DNA of 64,000 bases from an uncultured Elusimicrobia bacterium (lineage in GTDB: Bacteria; Elusimicrobiota; Endomicrobiia; Endomicrobiales; CAIRNS01), in the NCBI GenBank assembly GCA_903880015.1, contig CAIRNS010000022.1:5544-69543 (forward strand), written 5' to 3'. Position numbers and translations under genes: made by a program. Positions 1 to 8,886 of the stretch are shown one piece after another (positions within the stretch are counted from its first letter, which is position 1; each line of letters begins with the position of its first letter). The notes under the pieces were generated by a model. The model was not told where the DNA came from. It saw nothing but the letters and a program-made list of their open reading frames with translations, and did no database searches.

Positions 1-10
1 CTGCCCACGA

Positions 11-544
11 TTACTGCGCACGGGACTCTTTGGTAAATACCGGGGCCTTCGGATAGGCCTTGTAATAATATTCTTCATCCGGCGATTTTACCATACGGGC
101 ACTCGCCACTCGCGACAGAGTCCGCTTGCCTCCGCTGAAGAAAACCGATTGAGTAAACGGCTGCATCAGCGACGCAAACATGATTCTAACGGTATATTTT
201 ATGCCGACATCGTATTTTTGTACCGCTGCACCGCCGTGATCGCGAATATCCTGACCGGCGATAGTATCATGCCACAAAGTATTGTCGTCAAGAATGATGC
301 TAAGGCGCGTATATGAATGCGGCAACAAAATAGTATCGCTAACTTTTTTGACAACATCACGCATGTCCCGAGCCGGCGTCACGACACCCGCGCGGATCGC
401 CGAAAACGCCGCTTCGTTGCACAACATGTCATCTACAGCCATGATACACAACTGTACTGCCGCAAAAAAAACCGCCGTAATAATGACCGTTATAAACAAA
501 CTCTCAACCAATGCCTGACCGCGGGAACAATCGCGTATTTTCAT
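11..544 (-). CDS. TadE/TadG-like Flp-pilus assembly (pseudopilin-like) protein
   Basis: 177-aa ORF with ATG at 542-544. The N-terminus RGQALVESLFITVIITAVFFAAV is a TadE-type hydrophobic segment. Its ATG overlaps the TGA of the upstream pilin ORF (ATGA). Confidence 0.6.
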   Translation of the reverse strand: MKIRDCSRGQALVESLFITVIITAVFFAAVQLCIMAVDDMLCNEAAFSAIRAGVVTPARDMRDVVKKVSDTILLPHSYTRLSIILDDNTLWHDTIAGQDIRDHGGAAVQKYDVGIKYTVRIMFASLMQPFTQSVFFSGGKRTLSRVASARMVKSPDEEYYYKAYPKAPVFTKESRAQ

Positions 545-708
545 GGGCCAATGCCCGCTACCCCGGACCGGGTATACTGAACTTTGTCAAACTTTGTTTT
601 CCATGCTGAGCCGAACAACCGCACCACGCCATAACTCACCGCCAGAAACACCGCCGCCAGCAGAATATACTCTACGAACACCTGCCCTCGGTTATTACGG
701 TAATTCAT
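541..708 (-). CDS. flp: Flp-family type IVb (Tad) prepilin, 55 aa (below the ORF-track size cut-off)
   Basis: My own translation: MNYRNNRGQVFVEYILLAAVFLAVSYGVVRLFGSAWKTKFDKVQYTRSGVAGIGP. It contains the Flp processing motif G/XXXXEY (G-QVFV-EY) followed by a hydrophobic helix. ATGA overlaps at both ends (705-708 with the secretin, 541-544 with the TadE-like gene). Confidence 0.75.
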   Translation of the reverse strand: MNYRNNRGQVFVEYILLAAVFLAVSYGVVRLFGSAWKTKFDKVQYTRSGVAGIGP

Positions 709-1466
709 TCCAGTATTTTCGGCGTCACGAAGATGAGCACATTGGTTTTCGTCTCAACTTTTGTTTTGTGGGAAAACAAATATCCCAGCACGGGAATATC
801 CATCAAGAGCGGAATGCCAACCACTTTATCATCCTTGCTTGTTTCTATCATGCCCGCAAGAGCGATTGTCTGACCGCTTTTTACCCGCACAGTGGAAGTT
901 GCCATCCGGGTTGCGATAGCGGGATAATCCTTGACCTTGTTGGCCCAGTCGAGACGACTGACCTCGGTCGTCAAAGTTAAATCAATATAATTGTCCGGCA
1001 GTATACGCGGAGTCATTTCCGTTTTAATACCGTACTCTTTCCATTCGATAGTGTTGGTTGTCGGCCCGGCGGCAACAACCGGAAATTCACCACCGACCAG
1101 GAACTTCGCCGAAGTTCCTGAACGGGTCACTAATTTCGGCTTCGACAATATCTGCGCGGCGCCCTTTTGAGCAAGTATCTTTAACTCTCCCGTCAACGCG
1201 GTATAGCGCTTCCAATCGCCCACATTGATTATTGACGGCACATCCGGAAATGTTTCCGGCACGCGGCCGGCTACCGTTGTTGCCACTTCTCCCGCTTGAA
1301 TAGTGTTAAGCCATTGTATGCCCAGCTCGCTAGCTTTAGTATTATTTATTTCAGTTATTTCTACGGCTATTTCCACCATATCGCTGGCGATTACCGGCAT
1401 ACGGCAGACGACCGTCAGCAGCGCCGCACAAACAACCGGCAGGAACAACAATGTCGCCTTATTCAC
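705..1466 (-). CDS. Secretin-domain outer-membrane protein (CpaC/RcpA-like, minimal form)
   Basis: The C-terminal secretin signature is GIPLLMDIPVLGYLFSHKTKVETKTNVLIFVTPKILE. The track start (1637) is a TTG lying deep inside the upstream amidohydrolase gene. A GTG at 1464-1466 gives a signal-peptide-like N-terminus, VNKATLLFLPVVCAALLTVVC. The start position is uncertain. Confidence 0.75.
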   Translation of the reverse strand: MNKATLLFLPVVCAALLTVVCRMPVIASDMVEIAVEITEINNTKASELGIQWLNTIQAGEVATTVAGRVPETFPDVPSIINVGDWKRYTALTGELKILAQKGAAQILSKPKLVTRSGTSAKFLVGGEFPVVAAGPTTNTIEWKEYGIKTEMTPRILPDNYIDLTLTTEVSRLDWANKVKDYPAIATRMATSTVRVKSGQTIALAGMIETSKDDKVVGIPLLMDIPVLGYLFSHKTKVETKTNVLIFVTPKILE

Positions 1467-2631
1467 GCGGCGCTCCCCCGGAAAGATAATCCTGCGCAAT
1501 GCGCGACAACAACAACGAACCGCGCGATAACGCCCGTTCTTCAATGTCAAAACAGGCGTGATGCCAGGGATACGCCTTGCGGGGCGCCGTGCCGAAATAA
1601 ATGAAACACCCGGGGACTTTTTGCAAATACTCGGCAAAATCTTCTCCCCCCATAGAGGGTTTATCCAATACCTTCACTTGAGGCACACCCAAGAACGATT
1701 CACCGGCCAGTTTGCATATCTCAAGAATCGGGCGGGAGTTCTTCAACGCATTTCCTAAATTTTCATACTTAAGCACATAACGCGCCCCATACGCCGCGGT
1801 AATATGTTTAAGTTCCCGTTCCATAAGGGTTTTAACGCGGCGGCGAACAACATCGTTAAGGGTTCTGACAGTGCCTTCCATTCGGACTTGCGAACAAATA
1901 ATATTGTATCGTTCGCCGCCGGTAATCGTTCCGATGGAGACAACCACCGGATCCACCGGGCTTATCTGGCGCGAAACAATGGTCTGAATGGCAGCAACAA
2001 CCTGCGTTGCAACAACGATGGCATCAACGCTGAGATGAGGATACGCTCCATGACCGCCTTCACCCCTTATCTCTATCGTAAAGCGGTCAACAGCCGCCAT
2101 CATTTCATCATATTTTATACCCAATGTCCCTGCCTTCAGCCAGGGGCTGACATGCACCCCGACGATGGCGTCAACGGCAGGACGGATGAGCGCGCCGGCG
2201 GCAATCATTTTTTTGGCGCCGCCCGCTGATTCCTCGTTTGGCTGAAACACTAATTTTACCGTGCCGGAAAATTCGGCCCGTCGCTGAAACAAATCAATGC
2301 CCGCCCCGATAACAATGGCGGTGTTAGCGTCATGGCCGCAGGCGTGCATGATACCCGGCCGGCGTGACGAAAAAGATTTTTTTGTTTGTTCGTGTATCGG
2401 CAGTGCGTCCATGTCGGCCCTAAGCGCGATCGTTTTGCCGCTGCCTTTTTTTCCCTGTATCAAACCAATGACGCCGGTTCCGGCAATGGTTTTGGTTGCA
2501 ATACCCTCAGAACGCAACACCGATGTGATGAACGCCGATGTTTTGTACTCCTGGTTCCCCAGTTCGGGATACTGGTGAATGTGACGGCGGATTTTGACCA
2601 ACTGTTTCTGAAGAGCGTCAGTATTTTTCAT
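1459..2631 (-). CDS. M20D-family amidohydrolase (N-acyl-amino-acid amidohydrolase / hippuricase-like)
   Basis: 390 aa with ATG start. Motifs: IHQYPELGNQEYKTSAFI, ALRADMDALP, MHACGHD. Confidence 0.85.
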   Translation of the reverse strand: MKNTDALQKQLVKIRRHIHQYPELGNQEYKTSAFITSVLRSEGIATKTIAGTGVIGLIQGKKGSGKTIALRADMDALPIHEQTKKSFSSRRPGIMHACGHDANTAIVIGAGIDLFQRRAEFSGTVKLVFQPNEESAGGAKKMIAAGALIRPAVDAIVGVHVSPWLKAGTLGIKYDEMMAAVDRFTIEIRGEGGHGAYPHLSVDAIVVATQVVAAIQTIVSRQISPVDPVVVSIGTITGGERYNIICSQVRMEGTVRTLNDVVRRRVKTLMERELKHITAAYGARYVLKYENLGNALKNSRPILEICKLAGESFLGVPQVKVLDKPSMGGEDFAEYLQKVPGCFIYFGTAPRKAYPWHHACFDIEERALSRGSLLLSRIAQDYLSGGAPRE

Positions 2632-2673
2632 TGTGTGGTTTCCACCCTCATGGACAAGGATTAAGGTGAGAGG

Positions 2674-3588
2674 TCACCGTTTCAATAATTTTTTAAATGC
2701 GTACGGAATAGCGTCAATAATATCGCCGGCAATCATGGCAATCTGCGTTTTTTCTTGTGCCGCGCTATCTCCGGCGCTACCGTGAAGCAACACGGCGAAC
2801 AGAGCCGCATTCAATATTTTTGGCTCGTGTACCTGCGCATAAAGCGCCCCCACCATGCCGGCAAGCACATCACCACTACCGCCCGTTGCCATGCCAGGAT
2901 TGCCGGACACATTGGCATATACTTTTTCACCGTCAGTAATAACCGTTTCATGCCCTTTAAGAACACACACAACGCGATAACGGCGCGCGCACTCGACAGC
3001 TGCGGCAACTCTGTTTTTCCTTACATCAGCCGCCGAACAGCTGAGCAACCGGGCAAGCTCCCCCTCATGAGGAGTCATGACAACCTGCCGAGACATTGTT
3101 AGCAGAGATCTTTGTGCTATGGGCGAGCGAGCCACTGCAGTAAGGGCATCAGCGTCAATCACCATCGGAATATCAACAACGGTGATAAGTTGTTCAATAA
3201 ACTTTTTTAATCCCGCGGCACTGCCTAGCCCGGGCCCGAGAACAAGTGATGAAACTCGCCGAGCAGCACTATACTGCCTCAGCATTTTGACCGCAAGCGC
3301 ACCGAGGACGCCATCCCTGCCGGGAAGTGCCAGCGTCATCACTTCGGGACGCAACCGGCAGACAACATGGTCAATCTCTCCGACCGGCACCGCCAGCGTC
3401 ACCAATCCGGCACCTGCGCGAAGCGCCCCGTGAGCGCACAAAATGGCCGCCCCTGTCATACCCCGAGCACCAGCCACAACCAGCACATGGCCAAAATCGT
3501 ATTTCTGACTATCAGGTTTTCGTGAAACCAACAAACCGCTTACAAACGCCGATGAAATAGCTGTGGCACAGCGCGAGGATTGCCTCAT
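2674..3588 (-). CDS. nnrD: ADP-dependent NAD(P)H-hydrate dehydratase (YjeF C-terminal type)
   Basis: 304 aa. Motifs: KYDFGHVLVVAGARGMTGAAIL, TPHEGELARL, GNPGMATGGSGDVLAG. ATGA overlap with the acpS stop. Confidence 0.85.
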   Translation of the reverse strand: MRQSSRCATAISSAFVSGLLVSRKPDSQKYDFGHVLVVAGARGMTGAAILCAHGALRAGAGLVTLAVPVGEIDHVVCRLRPEVMTLALPGRDGVLGALAVKMLRQYSAARRVSSLVLGPGLGSAAGLKKFIEQLITVVDIPMVIDADALTAVARSPIAQRSLLTMSRQVVMTPHEGELARLLSCSAADVRKNRVAAAVECARRYRVVCVLKGHETVITDGEKVYANVSGNPGMATGGSGDVLAGMVGALYAQVHEPKILNAALFAVLLHGSAGDSAAQEKTQIAMIAGDIIDAIPYAFKKLLKR

Positions 3589-3914
3589 TTTCGTATCGCC
3601 ACCGCTACCGCGTACGCTGCCGTATGCGACAAAGAAATATCTATGTTCAGGGACTTTTTGCCTTTAATATACACTTCCGGTTTACCGCTGGGAAGATTCT
3701 TAATACCAATACTTTTTAAGGGAACTTCACCTGCTCCCAACGACTTAAAAACCGCTTCCTTTGCCGCAAACCTGACCGCATAATGCTGCGCCCTATTTTT
3801 CTTCGGATGGCAATACGCGATTTCTTTGCCGGTAAATACCCGCGCCAAAAAACTCTTATCTTTTATCAGCTTCTCTATCCGCCGTACTTCGACTATGTCT
3901 ATTCCAATGTTCAT
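3585..3914 (-). CDS. acpS: Holo-[acyl-carrier-protein] synthase
   Basis: 109 aa. N-terminal MNIGIDIVEVRRIEKL and FAAKEAVFKSLG are typical AcpS motifs. Confidence 0.9.
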   Translation of the reverse strand: MNIGIDIVEVRRIEKLIKDKSFLARVFTGKEIAYCHPKKNRAQHYAVRFAAKEAVFKSLGAGEVPLKSIGIKNLPSGKPEVYIKGKKSLNIDISLSHTAAYAVAVAIRK

Positions 3915-3918
3915 GTAA

Positions 3919-5748
3919 TTATTCTACCGTTACGGATTTTGCCAGGTTTCTGGGCTGGTCCACATCACAACCGAGTGAAACAGCGACATAATAGGCAAAC
4001 AGCTGCAAAGGGATTACATTTAATATCGGCGAAAAAAGCTCATTAACCGGAGGCACATATATCTGATGGCGTGACTTCGTTTTTATTGCCGTATCGCCCT
4101 CAGTAGCAATGGCTATTATCGTACCGCCGCGCGCTTTGGCTTCTTCTATGTTGCTGACGATTTTGTCGTACACTTTCCCCTGAGTTGCGATAACCATGAT
4201 CGGCATGTTCTCATCAATAAGTGCGATGGGGCCATGTTTCATCTCGCCGGCGGCGTAGCCTTCGGCATGAATATAGGAAATTTCCTTGAGTTTCAACGCC
4301 CCTTCCAGAGCAATGGGGTAATTGAGATTTCTGCCCAGAAACAGGAAATCCTTGTTGTGAAAATACTCTTTCGCCAACGCTTCGATATCGTCTGATTTTT
4401 TGAGAATTTCCTGAATACCAAGCGGCACCTTCCAGAACTCGGTCAGCAACTGCTTGAAAACTGACTTATCTATGCGTTTGCGGCGGTTCGCCAGATCAAG
4501 GGCAAGCAGATATATCGCCGTCAACTGTCCGGTAAACGCTTTTGTGGATGCCACCCCGATTTCAGGTCCGCAATGGGTATAGAGGACATGATCCGCTTCG
4601 CGACTGACGGTCGAGCCTACCGCATTGCAAATGCCCAACACCGGGGATTTCCGCTGTTTGGCAAGGCGCAGAGCTGCCAGAGTGTCCGCTGTTTCTCCCG
4701 ATTGCGAAATAACGATAGTCAGACATGTCTCATCGAGAACCGGATCGCGGTAACGAAATTCCGACGCGATGTCTACCTCAGTCGGTATCCCGGCAAGGTT
4801 CTCAAAAAGAAATTTTCCGACAAGTCCGGCGTGATACGAAGTTCCGCAGGCGACAATATATATTTTTGACAATGACGAAATCAATTGTGCGTTAAACTGG
4901 ACACCATCAAGACATATTTCCCCGTCATCTGGGTACAATCGCCCGCGGAAAGTATCTTGAATAGTTTGCGGCTGCTCAAATATCTCTTTGAGCATAAAAT
5001 GTTTGTAGCCGCCTTTTTCCGCCTGGACCGCGTTCCAGGTAATTGTTTCCGGAACGCGTTTAACCACGGCTCCGGAACGGTCGTAAACCGTGACCGCCGT
5101 CGGCGTCAGGTCTACGAAATCCCCTTCCATAAGAAATATCATCGAGCGGGTGTACGGCAACAGCGCGGGAACATCGGACGCGATAAAATTTTCTCCGTCG
5201 CCTACGCCGACTATCAGAGGCGCATCCTGTCGGGCGGCAATAATCCGGAAAGGTTCATCGGCGCAGATGATACCCAGTGCATACGCACCCCTCACTTGTT
5301 TGAGCGCTGATTTAACCGCAGCCAGCAAATCGCCATGATATTCTTTTTCAACGAGATGGGCAATAACCTCGGTATCTGTCTCAGATTTGAAGCGATGCCC
5401 TGCGTCTGACAAAGATTTTTTGAGTTCTTGATAATTTTCTATGATCCCGTTATGAACAACGACGATTTTCCCCGAACAGTCAGTGTGCGGATGCGCATTT
5501 TCTTCCGAAGGTTTCCCATGGGTCGCCCAGCGCGTGTGGCCGATACCGGTGGTCCCGGCAAGCGGTTTTGTCTTCAAGAGCTCCGTCAACAGATGTAATT
5601 TTCCCACGCTCCGGCGAACATCGATGACGCCGCCGCTCACGGCCGCAATACCCGCTGAATCGTATCCGCGGTATTCCAGGCGGCAGAGACCGTCTCTGAT
5701 TATTTCAGCTGACTGTTTTTTGCCGACATACCCGACAATTCCGCACAT
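3919..5748 (-). CDS. glmS: Glutamine--fructose-6-phosphate aminotransferase
   Basis: 609 aa. N-terminal nucleophile MCGIVGY, two SIS domains, C-terminal AKSVTVE. Confidence 0.97.
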   Translation of the reverse strand: MCGIVGYVGKKQSAEIIRDGLCRLEYRGYDSAGIAAVSGGVIDVRRSVGKLHLLTELLKTKPLAGTTGIGHTRWATHGKPSEENAHPHTDCSGKIVVVHNGIIENYQELKKSLSDAGHRFKSETDTEVIAHLVEKEYHGDLLAAVKSALKQVRGAYALGIICADEPFRIIAARQDAPLIVGVGDGENFIASDVPALLPYTRSMIFLMEGDFVDLTPTAVTVYDRSGAVVKRVPETITWNAVQAEKGGYKHFMLKEIFEQPQTIQDTFRGRLYPDDGEICLDGVQFNAQLISSLSKIYIVACGTSYHAGLVGKFLFENLAGIPTEVDIASEFRYRDPVLDETCLTIVISQSGETADTLAALRLAKQRKSPVLGICNAVGSTVSREADHVLYTHCGPEIGVASTKAFTGQLTAIYLLALDLANRRKRIDKSVFKQLLTEFWKVPLGIQEILKKSDDIEALAKEYFHNKDFLFLGRNLNYPIALEGALKLKEISYIHAEGYAAGEMKHGPIALIDENMPIMVIATQGKVYDKIVSNIEEAKARGGTIIAIATEGDTAIKTKSRHQIYVPPVNELFSPILNVIPLQLFAYYVAVSLGCDVDQPRNLAKSVTVE

Positions 5749-5758
5749 AAAAACCTCA

Positions 5759-6487
5759 CTATCCTTTTTTTAGATTGATGCATGTGTTCATCTCGCGAAC
5801 AGCTGACGACAATCCGACAAACAGCGCACGGGCAATGATAGAAAAACCAATATTCAATTCACACATACCGGCAATACGGGCTACAGGCCCCGCATTGGTA
5901 TAGTCCAGTCCGTGCCCGGCATTTAAAATGAGTCCTTTTTTTTGAGCGAATGCAGCCGCCCGGACAAGTTTTTTGAGTTCCTGTTCCCGTCGCGAACGCA
6001 CCGAAAAAGCATGTGCATACGCGCCGGTATGGAGTTCCACGCAATCAGCCCCTGCCGCAGCTGCCGCAGCGATCTGGCGGGTGTTAGGATCGATAAAAAT
6101 ACTGACGCAAATCCCTGCTTGTTTCAAACAACGGACAATAGCGGTAATTTTCTTACTATTTCCGGCAACATCCAAACCGCCTTCTGTCGTCAACTCGCGG
6201 CGTTTTTCCGGGACCAGACAAACATCATCCGGCCCAATCCTGACCGCTATATCCGCTAGCGCATCAATCGCTGCCATTTCAAGATTTAGTTTAGTAGTGA
6301 TGGCTTGGCGCAGGCGCACCACATCGTCGAGCTGAATATGGCGGCGATCCTCGCGCAAATGAACCGTGATGCCCCGTGCACCCGCTTTCTCACACACCAG
6401 AGCGGCAGTGACCGTATCGGGCACCCCGATCATCCGTGCCTGGCGCAGGGTTGCGACATGATCGATATTAACACCGAGATTTACCAT
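5759..6487 (-). CDS. pdxJ: Pyridoxine 5'-phosphate synthase
   Basis: 242 aa. Motifs: [24 protein letters not shown]. Confidence 0.93.
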   Translation of the reverse strand: MVNLGVNIDHVATLRQARMIGVPDTVTAALVCEKAGARGITVHLREDRRHIQLDDVVRLRQAITTKLNLEMAAIDALADIAVRIGPDDVCLVPEKRRELTTEGGLDVAGNSKKITAIVRCLKQAGICVSIFIDPNTRQIAAAAAAGADCVELHTGAYAHAFSVRSRREQELKKLVRAAAFAQKKGLILNAGHGLDYTNAGPVARIAGMCELNIGFSIIARALFVGLSSAVREMNTCINLKKG

Positions 6488-6489
6488 GA

Positions 6490-7848
6490 TTACGCCTTTC
6501 CCAATTCCATCAGAGCGGTCGCGGCAATGGTACGCGCCATCGCGGTGATAGCGTCTTTATCTTTTCCCTCTATCATGACCCGGATAAGATTCTCTGTCCC
6601 TGAATAACGCACCAGAACCCGTCCTTCCCTGCCGAGCTGCTTTTCAGCGCTCTGCACCGCATTGAGCGTTTTGGGAAGCTGTTCAAGAGGTATTTTATGC
6701 GCAACTCGTTCATTTATCAGCACCTGAGGAAATTTATCCATGGATTGCGCGAGCTCTGAAAACGATTTCCCCGATGACTTCAATATGGATAATATCTGCA
6801 AAGAGCTTAATATCCCGTCGCCCGTTTGCAGAAAATCAGTAAGAATGATATGACCTGACTGTTCACCCCCGATAATCGCGCCGGTCCGTATCATCTCCTC
6901 GTACACATACCGGTCGCCGACAGAAGTTTGTTTCAGTACGATATCTTCCCGTTCCATCGCCAGCGACAAACCCATGTTCGCCATGACAGTACTCACCAGA
7001 GTATTATTGATTAATCGGCCTGCTTTTTTGAAATGTATCGCCAGGATAGCAAGTAAATAATCGCCATCGCGTACAACACCCGTTTCATCGACAAACATAA
7101 CGCGATCCGCGTCTCCATCATAGGATATACCGCAGGCAGCCCCGTTCGCCGTCACGAGCGCGGATATGTTTCCCGGATGTAAAGCACCGCACGCATCATT
7201 GATATTCCTTCCGGTCGGTTGAGCATTGACAATGATTACATCTGCGCCCAGCTCTTTGAACAGGGCTGGGACCACCGACACGGCAGCGCCATGACCGCAA
7301 TCAACAACAATCCGCATGCCCTGCAAGAAACTTTTACCCGGAACAGTAGATGCCAAAAAAGCACCATAGCGTGCAACCATGTGTTTGCCATCTTTGCGAT
7401 TGATCGTTGAGGGCTGTTCCGTCGACGATAATGAATGTTCTATTTCTTGTTCAACCGCATCGGGAAGCTTCGTCCCGGCGTGACTGAAAAATTTTATCCC
7501 ATTATCATCGTAAGGATTGTGGGATGCCGATATAACCACCCCGGCGACCGCTCTACCCATTTTTGTCAGATAGGCAACACCCGGGGTCGTAATAATACCG
7601 CAGTCAACAACCGTCATGCCGCCGCGTGAAAGCCCGGCGATAAGCGATTCACGAATGGACGGACCTGATTCGCGCGTATCCATGCCCAGCATAATAAGGG
7701 GATCAAGACCGGGCGCAAGATGCTTTATAAAAACCCTCGCCGCCGCAAAACCTATCTGCATGACCGTTGCTGAATCGAGAGGGTACTGTCCCGCTTTTCC
7801 CCGCACGCCGTCAGTGCCGAACATTTTTCTTGTTTTGTTTATTGTCAT
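6490..7848 (-). CDS. glmM: Phosphoglucosamine mutase
   Basis: Motifs FGTDGVRG and the phosphoserine loop SASHNP. The track start (7899) is a TTG. The ATG at 7846-7848 gives the canonical N-terminus [17 protein letters not shown]. Confidence 0.93.
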   Translation of the reverse strand: MTINKTRKMFGTDGVRGKAGQYPLDSATVMQIGFAAARVFIKHLAPGLDPLIMLGMDTRESGPSIRESLIAGLSRGGMTVVDCGIITTPGVAYLTKMGRAVAGVVISASHNPYDDNGIKFFSHAGTKLPDAVEQEIEHSLSSTEQPSTINRKDGKHMVARYGAFLASTVPGKSFLQGMRIVVDCGHGAAVSVVPALFKELGADVIIVNAQPTGRNINDACGALHPGNISALVTANGAACGISYDGDADRVMFVDETGVVRDGDYLLAILAIHFKKAGRLINNTLVSTVMANMGLSLAMEREDIVLKQTSVGDRYVYEEMIRTGAIIGGEQSGHIILTDFLQTGDGILSSLQILSILKSSGKSFSELAQSMDKFPQVLINERVAHKIPLEQLPKTLNAVQSAEKQLGREGRVLVRYSGTENLIRVMIEGKDKDAITAMARTIAATALMELGKA

Positions 7849-8115
7849 AATTTTACCAATCCGTCTCAATCTTGATGTCTTAGCGAAAATACCGATCAAT
7901 CATTGCCGAGATAGTAAGCAAAGACCAGCAAGAAGGAATCTTAACCATTAACCCGATGTAATATGCGGAGATGCGGGCTTACCACAGGAAAATTGGAATT
8001 AACAGCATGCATGAATCTTAGCTGAAATGGATGACGTAGAACCACAGAATGATTGCCAACAACACAGCTATGATCCGCAAATTCCAATTCGTTTTCCATC
8101 CGTTCCATTTTCTCA

Positions 8116-8886
8116 TTACGATGTCCCTTTGACGCGGTAGAGTTCAACCAAACGGTGCCGGAGATCGTCAAAACTAATATTGTTTTCTAATTTTCCGTCG
8201 AAAGCGATGGACACCATGCCGGTCTGTTCTGAAACAACCACAATAAGCGCATCAGAAATCTCACTCAACCCCGCAGCCGCCCGGTGACGCGTCCCGAATG
8301 ATTTGGCAAATGTCTGCTCGTGGCTCAGCGGCAGAACACAGCTGACCGCAGTAATCCGGGCGTTCTGAATCACCATAGCACCGTCATGCAGCGGTGATTT
8401 CTGGTTAAAAATGGTAACAATAAGCTCTTTTGTTATCTTTGCGTCTATAATTATCCCCGTTTCCGCATAGTTGCGCAACCCGGTTGTGCGTTCGATGACA
8501 ATCAGCGAACCGATGAATTTAATCGAGAATTCCCTGACGGCTTCAACTATTTCATCGACAAAGCTGAGATCGTTAGCCAAAATGATTTTCCCCCACCGGT
8601 GACTCCCGAGCTGTGCCAGGGCGGAGCGGATTTCCGGCTGAAAGACAACGGCAAGGATAATTACCGCGGCCAGCCAGAATTTATCGAATAACCAACTAAC
8701 CGTCTGCAGGTGCAGCACTTCACTTGATAAAAAAGTGATAACGACCAGTGTGAGCAGTCCGACGATTATCTGCACCGCGCGCGTACCGCGCACCAGTAGC
8801 ATCACGCGGTAAAATATGTACGACACCAGACCAATGTCAACAACATGCACCAGATAGCGTGACCAGACATACTGAATCAATTCCAT
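8116..8886 (-). CDS. cdaA: Diadenylate cyclase (membrane-anchored, CdaA/DacA type)
   Basis: 256 aa with three N-terminal TM helices. DAC-domain motifs HDGAMVI and GTRHRAAAGLSE. Confidence 0.92.
   Translation of the reverse strand: MELIQYVWSRYLVHVVDIGLVSYIFYRVMLLVRGTRAVQIIVGLLTLVVITFLSSEVLHLQTVSWLFDKFWLAAVIILAVVFQPEIRSALAQLGSHRWGKIILANDLSFVDEIVEAVREFSIKFIGSLIVIERTTGLRNYAETGIIIDAKITKELIVTIFNQKSPLHDGAMVIQNARITAVSCVLPLSHEQTFAKSFGTRHRAAAGLSEISDALIVVVSEQTGMVSIAFDGKLENNISFDDLRHRLVELYRVKGTS

Noticed and set aside
1467-1637. Track N-terminal extensions that begin at TTG: secretin to 1637, glmM to 7899, glycosylase to 14339, oxidoreductase to 27766, the 1180-aa gene to 31465, and the TPR gene to 54033.
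   Set aside because: The extensions overlap upstream genes or a terminator and encode non-homologous, Arg/Cys-rich peptides. Downstream ATG or GTG starts restore canonical N-termini, signal peptides or Shine-Dalgarno spacing. In one case the TTG is itself part of the SD (27759-27766).
5749-5758. Looked for a glmS ribozyme or riboswitch upstream of glmS.
   Set aside because: Only 10 nt separate the pdxJ stop from the glmS ATG, leaving no room for the ~170-nt ribozyme. glmS is read through from pdxJ.
7941-8171. A 76-aa minus-strand ORF between cdaA and glmM, considered as a possible CdaR remnant or small regulator.
   Set aside because: It starts at a TTG inside cdaA's 3' end, has no Shine-Dalgarno, and shows no YbbR-like or other motif. 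Its composition looks random. I treat the region as non-coding (see the inverted-repeat finding).
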